From assembly GCA_008690995.1 (NCBI GenBank), contig VRMN01000002.1:2108001-2172000 (forward strand): a stretch of DNA of 64,000 nucleotides, in the 5' to 3' direction. This document shows, piece by piece, positions 33,146-43,734 of the stretch. Position 1 is the stretch's first letter; each line of letters starts with the position of its first letter. The notes under the pieces were generated by a model, which saw only the letters and a list, made by a program, of their open reading frames with translations, was not told the DNA's origin and ran no database searches. Position numbers and translations under genes: made by a program. Source of the DNA: Porphyridium purpureum. Taxonomy: Eukaryota.

Positions 33146-34835
33146 ATGATGGGGAGCGCGCACGTGGCGTCGGTGTCGCCGGTGGGCGGCGGCGTTGGGT
33201 GAGCACGCCGCGGACGTGGCTGCGGCGCGCGTGCCGGCGCGTGGGCCGCCAGGCGCCGCGGCCAAGGCAACAAACCTGCGGTACGGCGAGCCGATCAGCA
33301 TGGAGGGCGAGCTCGAGAAGGAAGGAAAGCGGTTTAAAGGGCGCAAGAAGCGCCACTTTCGGCTGCGCGACAGCGCGCTGCACAACCACCGGCGGCGCGG
33401 CTCGCCGCCCAGCTGGACCGTCTCGCTTATCGACGCGCGCGTCAAGCACGTCGAGGACGGCTCGACAGACTTTGTTATCGTGCTCGGCGACAATAAGGAG
33501 CTGCGGCTGGTGGCCAACAACGAGGTCGAGAAAATGATGTGGGTCGATGCCGTGTCGCGCGCATCTGTGCGCAAGATTGGCGCGCATTACGGCGTCACGG
33601 GCATTATTGGCACCGGCAGCTTTGCAGAGGTCCGGCTCGGGTACGACAAGGTGTCGGGCGACCACGTCGCGATCAAGATCATGAAGAAGAACAAGAAGGA
33701 CAAGGAGCTCATGCAGTCGGTCGAGTGCGAGCTCAATTTCGTCCAGAAGCGCATTCTGGACCAGTACGTGGTACAGACATACGACGTGTTTAACACCAAG
33801 GACAACCTGTTCATTGTGATGGAGTACATGAAGGGCGGCATGCTGTACGACATTTTGAGCACAGAAGGTTCCTTATCGGAGCACCGCGCGTCCCAGATCA
33901 TGCACGACGTGTTCATGGGCATCAAAGCGATGCACGACCAGGACATGGTGCACCGCGACCTCAAGCCGGAGAATGTGCTGTGTAAAAGCACGACGTGGCC
34001 ATTTGAAGTTAAAGTTGCCGACTTTGGCCTCGCGGATTTCGTGCTCGAGAACCAATTTGGCGACAAGTGCACGCGCGGTATGTATGGCACGCCGTTTTTT
34101 GTTGCCCCTGAGGTGGTTCGTGGCGAGGCGTACGGACCCGGCGTCGACGTATGGTCGCTCGGCGTTCTTTTGTATAACATTATTTCGGGCGAGCTGCCGT
34201 TCGATGGCAGCAATATCAAAGAGGTACTGCGACGCGTCAAGAAGGGCGAGTTTAGTTTTCCGGAAGAATACTGGAGCCACATCTCTCCGGCATGCATGGA
34301 CTTGATCCGAGGTATGCTCACGCTCGATCCGAAGCGGCGGTTCACGATCGATCAATGTCTGAAACACGAATGGATCCAATCCTGTGACCTGTCGCACGCT
34401 GTCCTCGATATTGGACGCGCCAACCTAGGCAGCGAGGCAAGAAAGAGCAAGATGACGAGCATGGCCATTGATGACATTGTCGAGGCGCTGGAGCTTGAAG
34501 ACAACGAACTCGAAGCGCAACAAGCGGCCCAGGGAGGTAGTGGCACCACACCCGTCTCAGTCGGAGCGCTCAGCCTGAACGACGCCGCCAAGCAAACAAA
34601 CCATAGCAATCGCAGCAGCAGCACACAGAGCAGCACGCAAATGAAGCGCGAGCCCAGCGGCCGGACTGGTAAGCAAAACAACAGCAAAAAGAGCAACTCG
34701 ACGACCAGCGGCGCTTCAGAAGATAAGATGTTCAAGTTTGGCGCGATCACGCTGCTGAAGAGCAAGAAGCAACGCGACGCAGAACGCCGTCAAAGTATGA
34801 TCAGCACAGTCTCTCAAGACATGGACGATGAATAG
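33146..34835 (+). CDS. PH-domain CaMK-family Ser/Thr kinase; 5' end apparently frameshifted
   Basis: PH domain EGELEKEGKRFKGRKKRHFRL...KMMWVDAV. Kinase motifs GTGSFAEV, HRDLKPEN, DFGLA and GTPFFVAPE. ATG 33146 is out of frame across a GGG run; first in-frame ATG is 33300. Confidence 0.9.
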
Positions 34836-35034
34836 TGTCGCTCAAGTAAACAGTTATTTTGTGCTTATAAGGTAAGGTTTCTTTTTGTAGATTCTTGGCG
34901 AGCTTCTGGGTTAAGGGGTTACGCGCGACTTTTTCCTGAGTCTGTCTACCATGTATGGACGCCTGCCGATGATTTGCAGGACAACCGCATAGCTTTCGCG
35001 CTCGACGCGTTGACCCTCGTGCCGATACCGACTT

Positions 35035-36480
35035 TCACAGTTCCGCTTCTCCTTCCGCTTGTTCTGGCGACAACTCATGCGGGAGTGGAGGCGCGTTTGC
35101 CAGCGCCTCAATGATGCGAGCGTAGATGCGTATGCCCTCCAGGAAGACCTTTGTGCCCAAGTGCTCGTTAAATTTGTGGAGCAACACGGGTGAGTTGTTC
35201 ATCGGACTGAATCCAAACACTGGAATCTTTTTCGCCCGAACAAAGCGGCCGTCAGTAGACGCCGGAAAGATCATCTTGTGGAGCTTGAGGTCGGACGTCG
35301 CCCGAGCGAAAACGCCCGCCCATGGGTTTTCATTCTCGTCCAGGCTTGTTTCATCGCCCTCCTCTACGCGATGCACAAAAGATACGTGGATACCGCAGTT
35401 GGTGCAAGGCATCCACGACGCAATCAGCTCATCTACTTGCGCGGCGCTGACAAACGGCGGTATCCGAATGTCAAGAATCGCCTCTGCGTGCGACGGAATC
35501 ACATTGATGGCGTCGGCCGAACCGGCATGCACATGGTTGATATTTACCGAGACGACCTCGCCCAGCTCCTTTGCGCCGCTGTTCACCTGCTCGACAATCT
35601 CCTGTCTGTACGTGGCTACGTGTGCCAGGATCTGAACGAGTGTGAGCGTCGCGGTCGACGCTGGCACCATGGCGCCGTGCCCGGGCGCGTCGCTCACCGT
35701 GATGCGGGTCCAAAACGGACGCCGTTCTGCCCAACACAGCTCAAACTCCTCTGTGGGCGACGCCAAGCCTTCGTCTAGCTCGACGCCTACGTTTAAAGCA
35801 GTGAACAGACTACTGTCGACCAGCCTACCCATGCCGTCGACGCCCCCAATTTCTTCGTCCGGAACCCACACGACGTGGATCGAGCGCCGAAATGTGCGGT
35901 TCGGCTGCTGCCTAAGAAGTAGCTTGAGCGCCTCTAGGTACTGAATGCCGACGGACTTCATGTCCTGTACGCCACGCGCAACAATGTGATCGTCACTGGA
36001 CTGCGCGTTGGACAGCATGACTGCGGGCACACGCGCCGCCCCAAACGGCGGAAAATCCCAGTTACTCAGGTTGCCCGCTGGCACTACATCCGTATGGCTG
36101 TTGAGCATGATGGACGGTGCGTCACGGTCGGTCCCTGTGATGGAGCACACGAGCACGGGCTTCCCGCGCACAAACGAGTGTGCGTGGGTCTTCATTTTCG
36201 GCACCCCGAAGCACAGCTCGGTCAGCAGCGTCAATGCAGACGCATACGCTGGCGTGGGCTGCGCTGTGTCCAAGCGCAGGTACCGTTGCAAGTTGTGAAT
36301 CGCGGCGTTCTGCGCTTTGGCATCGAAGAACGACGCCGATCCATCATCGCCGCCGCTCCCCGCACCAGCCGCCACATGCTCAAACATGAGAATTCCGACT
36401 GCCCCAAGAATAATGCAGATCCATGGCACCTGCCGCCGTACGCGTCGGCTGGATGCGTCCGCGATCGTACCCATCTCCAT
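35035..36480 (-). CDS. ACY1: Aminoacylase-1 (peptidase M20A) with N-terminal hydrophobic segment
   Basis: IMLNSHTDVVP, ARGVQDMKSVGIQYLEA, VPDEEIGG, LDEGLASP, FPASTDGRF and GFSPMNNSPVLLHKFNEHL. Confidence 0.95.
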   Translation of the reverse strand: MEMGTIADASSRRVRRQVPWICIILGAVGILMFEHVAAGAGSGGDDGSASFFDAKAQNAAIHNLQRYLRLDTAQPTPAYASALTLLTELCFGVPKMKTHAHSFVRGKPVLVCSITGTDRDAPSIMLNSHTDVVPAGNLSNWDFPPFGAARVPAVMLSNAQSSDDHIVARGVQDMKSVGIQYLEALKLLLRQQPNRTFRRSIHVVWVPDEEIGGVDGMGRLVDSSLFTALNVGVELDEGLASPTEEFELCWAERRPFWTRITVSDAPGHGAMVPASTATLTLVQILAHVATYRQEIVEQVNSGAKELGEVVSVNINHVHAGSADAINVIPSHAEAILDIRIPPFVSAAQVDELIASWMPCTNCGIHVSFVHRVEEGDETSLDENENPWAGVFARATSDLKLHKMIFPASTDGRFVRAKKIPVFGFSPMNNSPVLLHKFNEHLGTKVFLEGIRIYARIIEALANAPPLPHELSPEQAEGEAEL

Positions 36481-37978
36481 CTTCCGCGGCGTCGAGCTCC
36501 GTCTCGCCACTTCCACTTGGCGCGACGTGACTCGATTTCCTGTTTCACGTCAGAGGTACAGTGAAAATAAGTACAGTAGAAGTACAGTGTCTCAGGTCGT
36601 GGCGGCTGCGCGCGGCGGCGAGCGAGGCCAGACAGAGACGGGAGGAAGAAGCGAGCGACAGAGACAGGATCTCGAATCTGCACCGCACGATGTGAACAGG
36701 AAGAGCGCTCGCACGCAGGAAGCGCTAGCGCTAGTGCTAGCATCTTGATATAGTATTGAGCGAGTCGTTGCGGCGGCGCGTGGGGCGTGGATGATCGGGC
36801 GGAGAAAAGGTTTGTTGCTGAGAACGACTCGTGAGTGTTAGTTGTGTGTGACGCACGTGAGAGCAGCGCCGATGGGTTCCGGCCGGGATGCCGCGATACA
36901 GGCAGTGTCAGTGATGATAATATGATCAATGTTCATTCACCTAGTCGCGACGTCATTGTCGCGCTGCGGAGACTCAATCACATCATTTTTATAAGTTTCA
37001 GCCTTGTCTGAGCACTGCTGGTGTGTCGGCCGGCCAACGCGCGGATCAGAGGCTTGCTCACGCGTCTGAGCACACCCGGAAAGTATGACGGCGTCGTATG
37101 ATGCATTTCATCCAGATGAGACTAACCCAAATCTTCTCCGAATCGTGGTCGCCTTTCTCACATGGTAGTGACATGTACGAATCAAGATTTCCTTGGGTGC
37201 CCATCTTTTGGTGCAAGGACAAGAGCACGGTACGTGAATAGAACGTTTCAATCACCACATTGGTGCTGCGCGGCAGGCGGCGTATGTGATACAGGATGAA
37301 AACAGAATACACCACTCCGACTGCATTTTAAAACCAATGCCTTGGGGAAACTATATTCTTATGTCAGTTCTGCTTCTGATTCTATCCGATGCCAGCTGCG
37401 CGCACCCTGCTTGTTTTCCTGCCCAGACTCCGGAGTATGATCCGGCTGGCTTCAAGGAATCCGTCGATGCCAGCGACCGCGGGTATGGAGACTAATACTT
37501 GAGTCAATGCGTGTGCTTGTGTCTGTGGCTGATTCATTGTTGCTTTACGAAACTTTTTCTCAGTGTCACCTGGAGGCCTAATATCGGTTAGGGAGGGAGA
37601 TCAGTGGCAAAAGAAGTCAGGTATGTTGGTGTGGTTACTCTTGAAATTCTGGCTTGCTGGTGACTTGAAGGCACTTTGTGGTGCGCAGCTTTCAAAGATG
37701 AGAATCGCGACAGGCGGACAGAATCAAGATATGTTGATTTGTTTTTTGTGTACTTATTTCTTGTCAGCTGAGAAAGCCGCACACCGCAACGTACTGCATG
37801 CATTTCGCCAGACTGTTTCCAACGAAAGGTTGCTCATAGTGTGAAGCTGAGGTATGATATGCTGACCATTGGGTTTTGCAGACAGTTATCCTTATTTCTC
37901 GGTTATTTGGTGTCTTTTGGTGTGCCTCCTGTGCTTGTCTCCCGATGGCTGTCGAGCTGTTTATACACATTTATATAA

Positions 37979-39232
37979 CTACAATAAGTACTTGATCACC
38001 AGGTAGCGCATTGCCAGACCGGCTGAGCAGCACGCGACTTGGAAAAGCATCAGCACTTCGCATAACCGTTTTTCCGTCAGCGGGCCAGTGCAAAGAAGCG
38101 TCAAGTTGACAAGGTTCAAATGCGACTTGATTGGTTCGAGCTTCTTCGTTTCCACATTGTACTTTGGCAGGCGATGTCGGGGACAAGGCACGATGCCGAT
38201 GAGTTGCGGCAGCGAATAAACAAAGTTGATGAGCTGCGGAATAAAGAAAAGAAGCAAGATTTCAGCGTAGTGGCCCAGGATTGCGCCCATGGCAAATGTC
38301 ATTCCAGCAAAGTAGCAAAATGTATCACCCACGAAAACGCGGCTCGGGAACCAGTTATGTCTCAGCAGGCCTAGCGTGACCATGACAAAGGGCAGCATGA
38401 TCTCCACGGAGAACATGTTGTTACTGCGAAGCAGCGCGAGATCCTCCACGTGCCGGTGTGGATTGAGCTGCATCGCATTGTGGATCAGTATGAAACAGCC
38501 GATCACGAAGGACTGACCGGCCTCGAGCCCATTGATGCCTGCATAAATATTGATGGCGTTGGTGCAAAAGATGGACAGCAAAGCCATGTAGATGAAGTAC
38601 AGCAGGCCGATATCCAGCAGCGTCTTGTCAAAGAGAAGCGATCTGAGCGGGACTGGAATCACGATCGACGTCGAGCCCGAGTAGTTTGCAAGCAGTGGCA
38701 TGCAGCCAAAGAGCGGCAAGACCATCTTGTAACGCCAGCGCAGATCCAAAACGTCGTCGGCAAAGCCCAGCAGGGTCATAAAGGTCACTGATGCCAACGC
38801 GGAGGTGTACAAGACAACGGAAGACAGGTTTGAGTCGTCGTGAGGCAGAAGCGAGCTCCTTCCTGCATCCAGAGGCAGGAAACTGTGCACCCACGCGGGC
38901 GCGTGTGCGGCGCGGAGCGCGTGCGAGTGCAGCAGGCACAGGATCACGATGAAGATTGTTGCTGGGACGATCCCGAGCGCCTCGGGCACTTTCACGGCGC
39001 CCTGCGGCGTGCCCTTCTTGTTAATATCGTAGCCAAACATCTGTGCCTTTTCCATGAGCGCCTGCGCCGCGGGCACCATGCGCGCGGTGAGCACCATACC
39101 GGCGACGGCAAGCAGCAGCGCGCGCGCCACGACGCCGACCATGTACGCATCTCCTGCCTCGATGCATGCTCGCAGCAGCACACCCACGGCCGGCACAAGC
39201 AGCATCCCCGCGTACATCCATCCCGCGCCCAT
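37979..39232 (-). CDS. DPAGT1: UDP-GlcNAc:dolichyl-phosphate GlcNAc-1-P transferase (ALG7/GPT)
   Basis: GYDINKK, LLGFADDVLDLRWRYK, FCTNAINIYAGINGLEAGQ, PSRVFVGDTFCYFAGM and PCPRHRLP. Confidence 0.96.
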   Translation of the reverse strand: MGAGWMYAGMLLVPAVGVLLRACIEAGDAYMVGVVARALLLAVAGMVLTARMVPAAQALMEKAQMFGYDINKKGTPQGAVKVPEALGIVPATIFIVILCLLHSHALRAAHAPAWVHSFLPLDAGRSSLLPHDDSNLSSVVLYTSALASVTFMTLLGFADDVLDLRWRYKMVLPLFGCMPLLANYSGSTSIVIPVPLRSLLFDKTLLDIGLLYFIYMALLSIFCTNAINIYAGINGLEAGQSFVIGCFILIHNAMQLNPHRHVEDLALLRSNNMFSVEIMLPFVMVTLGLLRHNWFPSRVFVGDTFCYFAGMTFAMGAILGHYAEILLLFFIPQLINFVYSLPQLIGIVPCPRHRLPKYNVETKKLEPIKSHLNLVNLTLLCTGPLTEKRLCEVLMLFQVACCSAGLAMRYLVIKYLL

Positions 39233-39551
39233 CGTGCCGTGCGTTCCTGCTCCCCGCCACGTCCTCCTTCCCCCTCTCGCTGTCCTTCCCCCTCTCGCTT
39301 CTCTTCCCCCCCACCTCATCCCTCAACTCAACACGCCTCCATCCACTGTACACCCACCATCCGGGGGTTCCGGTCTCATCCGATTCGCACCTGCGGTTGA
39401 TTCTTCAACACAGCTGTACCGCTCAACTGGACACCCATCCATCCCACAAGCGCCCGCTCGCCACCGCACGCACACGTGTGCTGAACCGCGCCGCAAACCG
39501 CGACTTTGGCTAGGGTTCCTGCTCCCCTTCACGTGACTTGCCCATTGGTTC

Positions 39552-39623
39552 AATGGCTAAATGGCTAAATGGCTAAATGGCTAAATGGCTAAATGGCTAA
39601 ATGGCTAAATGGCTAAATGGCTA
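39552..39623. repeat. Perfect 8-bp tandem repeat (AATGGCTA)x9 in a divergent promoter
   Basis: Directly visible between DPAGT1 and the CCA-adding enzyme gene. Confidence 0.95.
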
Positions 39624-39774
39624 ATATGGTTTATTGGGTTATTGGTTTGGCGAGTGACGGACGGTTTGGAAGGTGGAGGAGCGGGGAAGGAGGAAGGGAG
39701 AGGGGGCAAGAGGAATTGCGGTTCGGGAAGAGTGCCAACGCGGGGGACGTGGTGTGGGGACTGTGCGGTGGTGG

Positions 39775-42246
39775 ATGGCGGGCGACGCGGCGTGTGAGCA
39801 AGTCTCGCGGGGTGTGGTGGGAGCTGGGGAGTCTGCGCGCGACCGGACTGCGCCTGCCCGCCCGCTCGAGCGTTGGGCGCCGCGCGGAGCGGCTGGTGCC
39901 GACAAGGGTGTGGTTGGTCGCGGGCGGTGCGTGCGCGGTGTGCGTCATTGCGGCGATTGCAAGGGGGAGCTCGCGAACGAGCGGAAGGTTGATCGAACGG
40001 GGAACGCTCAGGCGCCGCTAGATATGCGGGGCGCCGCGCGCCGCGTAAAGGTTGCAGTTCCGCTGGCGTTTTGTACGGTTCGAGCGGGTTGTGCGAGTGG
40101 GCGCGTTGTGGCGTCAAGTGGCCTGGTGCGGTCGTGGCAAGGCGAGCGCCAGCTTTTTCGCGGGTGCGACCACTTACGGAGCAGGTGCGTGGCGTGTACG
40201 CGGGCATTCGTCCAGACTCGAGCGCATCCGTGCGAGCTTTCCAGGAGCAAATCTTCTGGAGTGATCTCTGCGCGCGAACTGGGGCTCCGGCGGAGGCGGC
40301 AAGTAAGGGCGAGCCTGTTGCACGTGTGGTCATCGGGACGCATCCAGCCGCGCTCGGTATCTCCGCGTCACTCGTCTGTGCTCGACTCGCCCGCCGCGGG
40401 ATTCCAGCGCGAGGCTTCATACGTCGCTCTTTCAAACAGCAACACAGCCACGAGTAGTAGCAGCAGCGGCGGCAGCAGCGACAATAACAATAACAAGAGC
40501 GGGTCAAAGTACAGCGGTGCGCCCAATAGGAGCACGCCGGGCTGGAACGCAGACCAGTGGGTTAACTCTTGGGCCAAAGCTCGTACGCCGAGTATGGCGA
40601 CCACGCAAGACACGCCGCCCGTTACGCTGGGCGACGCCACAAAACTTCAGAACATGTGCCTCACTGAGCTGGAGCAGAAGCTGTTCTGCGCCTTGCGCGA
40701 GGTGGTGGAGAAAAATAATCTGGATGTAACGCTCCGCGTGGCCGGCGGGTGGGTGCGAGATAAGCTGTTTGGCAGCCAAATGGAGCATGTCGACATTGAC
40801 ATTGCACTGGATACAATGCTGGGGCGTGAGTTTGCCGAGCTCGCGAATGAATATCTCCAGAAGCACGAGGAGGAGCGACACCGCATAGCTGTGATCCAAC
40901 GCAATCCAGATCAGTCTAAGCACCTGGAAACGGCGCGTATGCTCATGTTTGGTTTGTGGATTGATTTTGTCAACCTGCGCACGGAGAAGTACACCCACGA
41001 TAGCCGGATTCCGGAGATCGAAATTGGCACGCCGTTCGAGGATGCGATGCGACGTGATCTAACGATTAACGCGCTGTTCTACAACATCAACAATGATACG
41101 GTGGAAGACTTCACAGGGCTGGGCATCTCGGATCTCGAAAAGCGCATCATTCGAACTCCCTTGCACCCGCTTACCACACTGCTTGATGACCCTCTGCGTG
41201 CGCTGCGCGCCATCCGTTTCACCAGCAGGCTCAACTTTAGCGTCGATCCAGACTTGTACGCGGCCATGAGTGACCCGCGCGTGCATCAGGCGCTGTTGAG
41301 CAAGGTATCGCGCGAGCGCGTTGGCAAGGAAGTTGACTTGATCATGTCCGCGGCGCAGAAACCCATACAGGCGCTCGGGCTCATGTGCGAGCTTAGCCTC
41401 TTTAATGTGGCGTTCCAGACGCCCCCGGATAAATCGCGCTTGCTTGGTCCTGAGCCGGAGGATCTCGCCTACGCCTGTCTGGGATGCTTGATCAACCTAG
41501 ACTCATTGTTCCATCACTACGCTCCAAATGCGCGCAGTGAGCTGAGCCGTGATGATCTGCGCATAGTGCGCTACGCCGCGCTTACAGCGCCGTTGGCCGG
41601 CCTCAAGTATATCAACGAGAAGAGAAAGGAGACGCCGGTGCTCAAATATGTACTACAGACACAGCTGCGCATTCGCGCAAAGGACGTGGACACAATTCAT
41701 GTGATTCACGAGGCGTCGTTGGAGGTCAAGGCCTTGGTTCGCGATCTGAACTCGGAATCCCCGCCCGACGCCGATACGTTTCGGCTTCGCACGGCGCTCA
41801 TTCTGCGCGAGGCCGGCACCTGGTGGCGCACGGCGATCAAGACGGCGCTCATTACAGAGCTAAACCCTGCTTGCGCCGCCCATACGTACGCGAACGGCAT
41901 CCACTGTGACCCTAGCGCACTAGCGGTCGACCAGGCGCGATTTGCGACACAGTACGCCGAGTTTGAGCGCGCAGTCACTGCGCTCGAGCTCGGCGACATT
42001 TGGGAGCTGCGCCCTTTCTTCTCTGGTAAGCAGCTGATGATTGATTTCCCAGACATACCACGAGGCCCGGGGATCGGGCTTGTGCTCGAGCGCATGCTCC
42101 ACTGGCAAATTTTGAACCCGGCGGCCACCGCCGCTGAGTGCCGCGAGTGGCTCGTGCCTCAAATTGGTCACATTCTCGAAGAAGTGCATAGCAGCGGCAG
42201 TGAAAATGGCAGCCGAAGCGGCAGCGGAAAGAGTGCAAAGCGGTAA
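39775..42246 (+). CDS. CCA1: CCA-adding tRNA nucleotidyltransferase (class II); start uncertain (39775, 40024 or 40594)
   Basis: LRVAGGWVRDKL, DIDIALD, NPDQSKHLETA, IDFVNLRTEKY, DAMRRDLTINALFYN and DDPLRALRAIRF. Confidence 0.93.
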   Translation: MAGDAACEQVSRGVVGAGESARDRTAPARPLERWAPRGAAGADKGVVGRGRCVRGVRHCGDCKGELANERKVDRTGNAQAPLDMRGAARRVKVAVPLAFCTVRAGCASGRVVASSGLVRSWQGERQLFRGCDHLRSRCVACTRAFVQTRAHPCELSRSKSSGVISARELGLRRRRQVRASLLHVWSSGRIQPRSVSPRHSSVLDSPAAGFQREASYVALSNSNTATSSSSSGGSSDNNNNKSGSKYSGAPNRSTPGWNADQWVNSWAKARTPSMATTQDTPPVTLGDATKLQNMCLTELEQKLFCALREVVEKNNLDVTLRVAGGWVRDKLFGSQMEHVDIDIALDTMLGREFAELANEYLQKHEEERHRIAVIQRNPDQSKHLETARMLMFGLWIDFVNLRTEKYTHDSRIPEIEIGTPFEDAMRRDLTINALFYNINNDTVEDFTGLGISDLEKRIIRTPLHPLTTLLDDPLRALRAIRFTSRLNFSVDPDLYAAMSDPRVHQALLSKVSRERVGKEVDLIMSAAQKPIQALGLMCELSLFNVAFQTPPDKSRLLGPEPEDLAYACLGCLINLDSLFHHYAPNARSELSRDDLRIVRYAALTAPLAGLKYINEKRKETPVLKYVLQTQLRIRAKDVDTIHVIHEASLEVKALVRDLNSESPPDADTFRLRTALILREAGTWWRTAIKTALITELNPACAAHTYANGIHCDPSALAVDQARFATQYAEFERAVTALELGDIWELRPFFSGKQLMIDFPDIPRGPGIGLVLERMLHWQILNPAATAAECREWLVPQIGHILEEVHSSGSENGSRSGSGKSAKR

Positions 42247-42745
42247 GATGGAACCAAAACTTGGTTTGTAATGCCGTGGCGGAATTGTAAAGAGGGGCAT
42301 CGTCTTTTCTGTACCTTCCGCAGATTGTCACTGGATATTATGGGAGGACAAGGGGATTTTCCTATCTCATAGAAAGCGACAACGCGGGGTGAGAGGCTCA
42401 CACCCCCGTCACCCAAGAAAAACCGACTCTATTCTGCTATGTTTCGCAACCACCTCAACCATCGCACGCACTCTCAGTCACCAACTCATGCTAGCACGAT
42501 GTACCTTGCAAGCCCTCACTGGAGTATAACCGTACGTCGATGCTGACCCAAGCTGTTTGGAAACCCATCCACTCCTGCCGCCTCCATTCTTCCCCGACAC
42601 AAAGCTACAGGCACCTTTGCGACCCGCGATAAAGTCGCACCCCGCGGCGTCCCAAATTTGGAATGGGTCGAAATGGTCGTAGAGTTTGTTGCAGCACAGG
42701 TCGACTTGAATCGAGGAGGCGCAAACGAAGCAGGAAGAGAAGCAG

Positions 42746-43669
42746 ATGTGCACCGGCACTGAGGTCGCAAAGCGCGCGCCGCGCGCTGATCCAGTGCGCG
42801 TTGCCATCAGCGCAATGCTCGCGGTTGCCGTCAGCCGCGTCGTTTTGTTCCCGATCGACACGTTCAAGACCCTGTTGCAGTCGAGTGCGAGCGTCGGAGG
42901 CCGTGTTGGAGGACTCGACGTGCCACCGTGGCGTGTGGTGCTAGACGTTGTGCGCAAGCGCCCGTTCACGATCTACCATGGCCTACTGCCGTCGATCCTC
43001 TCGTCTGTTCCCGCGCAGGCGCTTTACATGACCGTCTACGAGCTCACGCGCGCGCATCTGCCTGGCAATCAGTCGGACAAGGCGCAGGATTGGAGTCGCG
43101 TGGCCATCTCGGCGGCCGCGGGCAACGCGGTGGCCGCACTGGCGCGCGTGCCGGCAGAGCGAATCAAGCAGAAAATGCAGGTTGACCCGAGCGCGACGCT
43201 GCTAAGCGCTGTGACGCAGAGCTGGCGCCGGGAGGGGTTGCGCGGCATCTACCGTGGCTTTGGAGCGCAGATAATCAGGGATGTTCCGTACGCAGTTGTG
43301 TTATACGTGACCTACGAGCACCTGCGTACACGTCAGATTGAGATGCAGCTACAGAGAGTACATTTGTCGCCGTCTGCGATCGCCGGCCTTTTGGCATCGG
43401 TCTCGACCAACCCGCTCGACGTGGTCAAGACCCGCGTTATGGCCGATGGCGAACCTTTGCGCTCAGCCATGCGTAGCGTCATTCAAAACCCGCGGCTCAT
43501 GCTTCGCGGCATGGTACCAAGGTCGTTGCAGAAAATGCCTTCGTCGATGATCTACTTGGCGTGCTACAGGCTATTTATGAACCTCAACCTTCCCGCATCT
43601 CTCACCAAGGTGTCTGCAAGGAAGCGGATCCACCACAGACTGCGACCGCAACCCCACAGCCAGCACTAA
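42746..43669 (+). CDS. Mitochondrial carrier family protein (SAM-carrier-like)
   Basis: Three PxD/ExxK signatures (PIDTFKT, PAERIKQ, PLDVVKT) and RDVPY. Confidence 0.88.
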   Translation: MCTGTEVAKRAPRADPVRVAISAMLAVAVSRVVLFPIDTFKTLLQSSASVGGRVGGLDVPPWRVVLDVVRKRPFTIYHGLLPSILSSVPAQALYMTVYELTRAHLPGNQSDKAQDWSRVAISAAAGNAVAALARVPAERIKQKMQVDPSATLLSAVTQSWRREGLRGIYRGFGAQIIRDVPYAVVLYVTYEHLRTRQIEMQLQRVHLSPSAIAGLLASVSTNPLDVVKTRVMADGEPLRSAMRSVIQNPRLMLRGMVPRSLQKMPSSMIYLACYRLFMNLNLPASLTKVSARKRIHHRLRPQPHSQH

Positions 43670-43734
43670 CATGGTCGCGACTCAGCTCAGAAGTAGAAGT
43701 AGAATTTTTCTGTATCCTGTAATTGATTGACATC

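Noticed and set aside
39552..39623. Interstitial telomeric repeat
   Set aside because: The unit lacks the G-run of known telomere motifs, and there is no support within the window.
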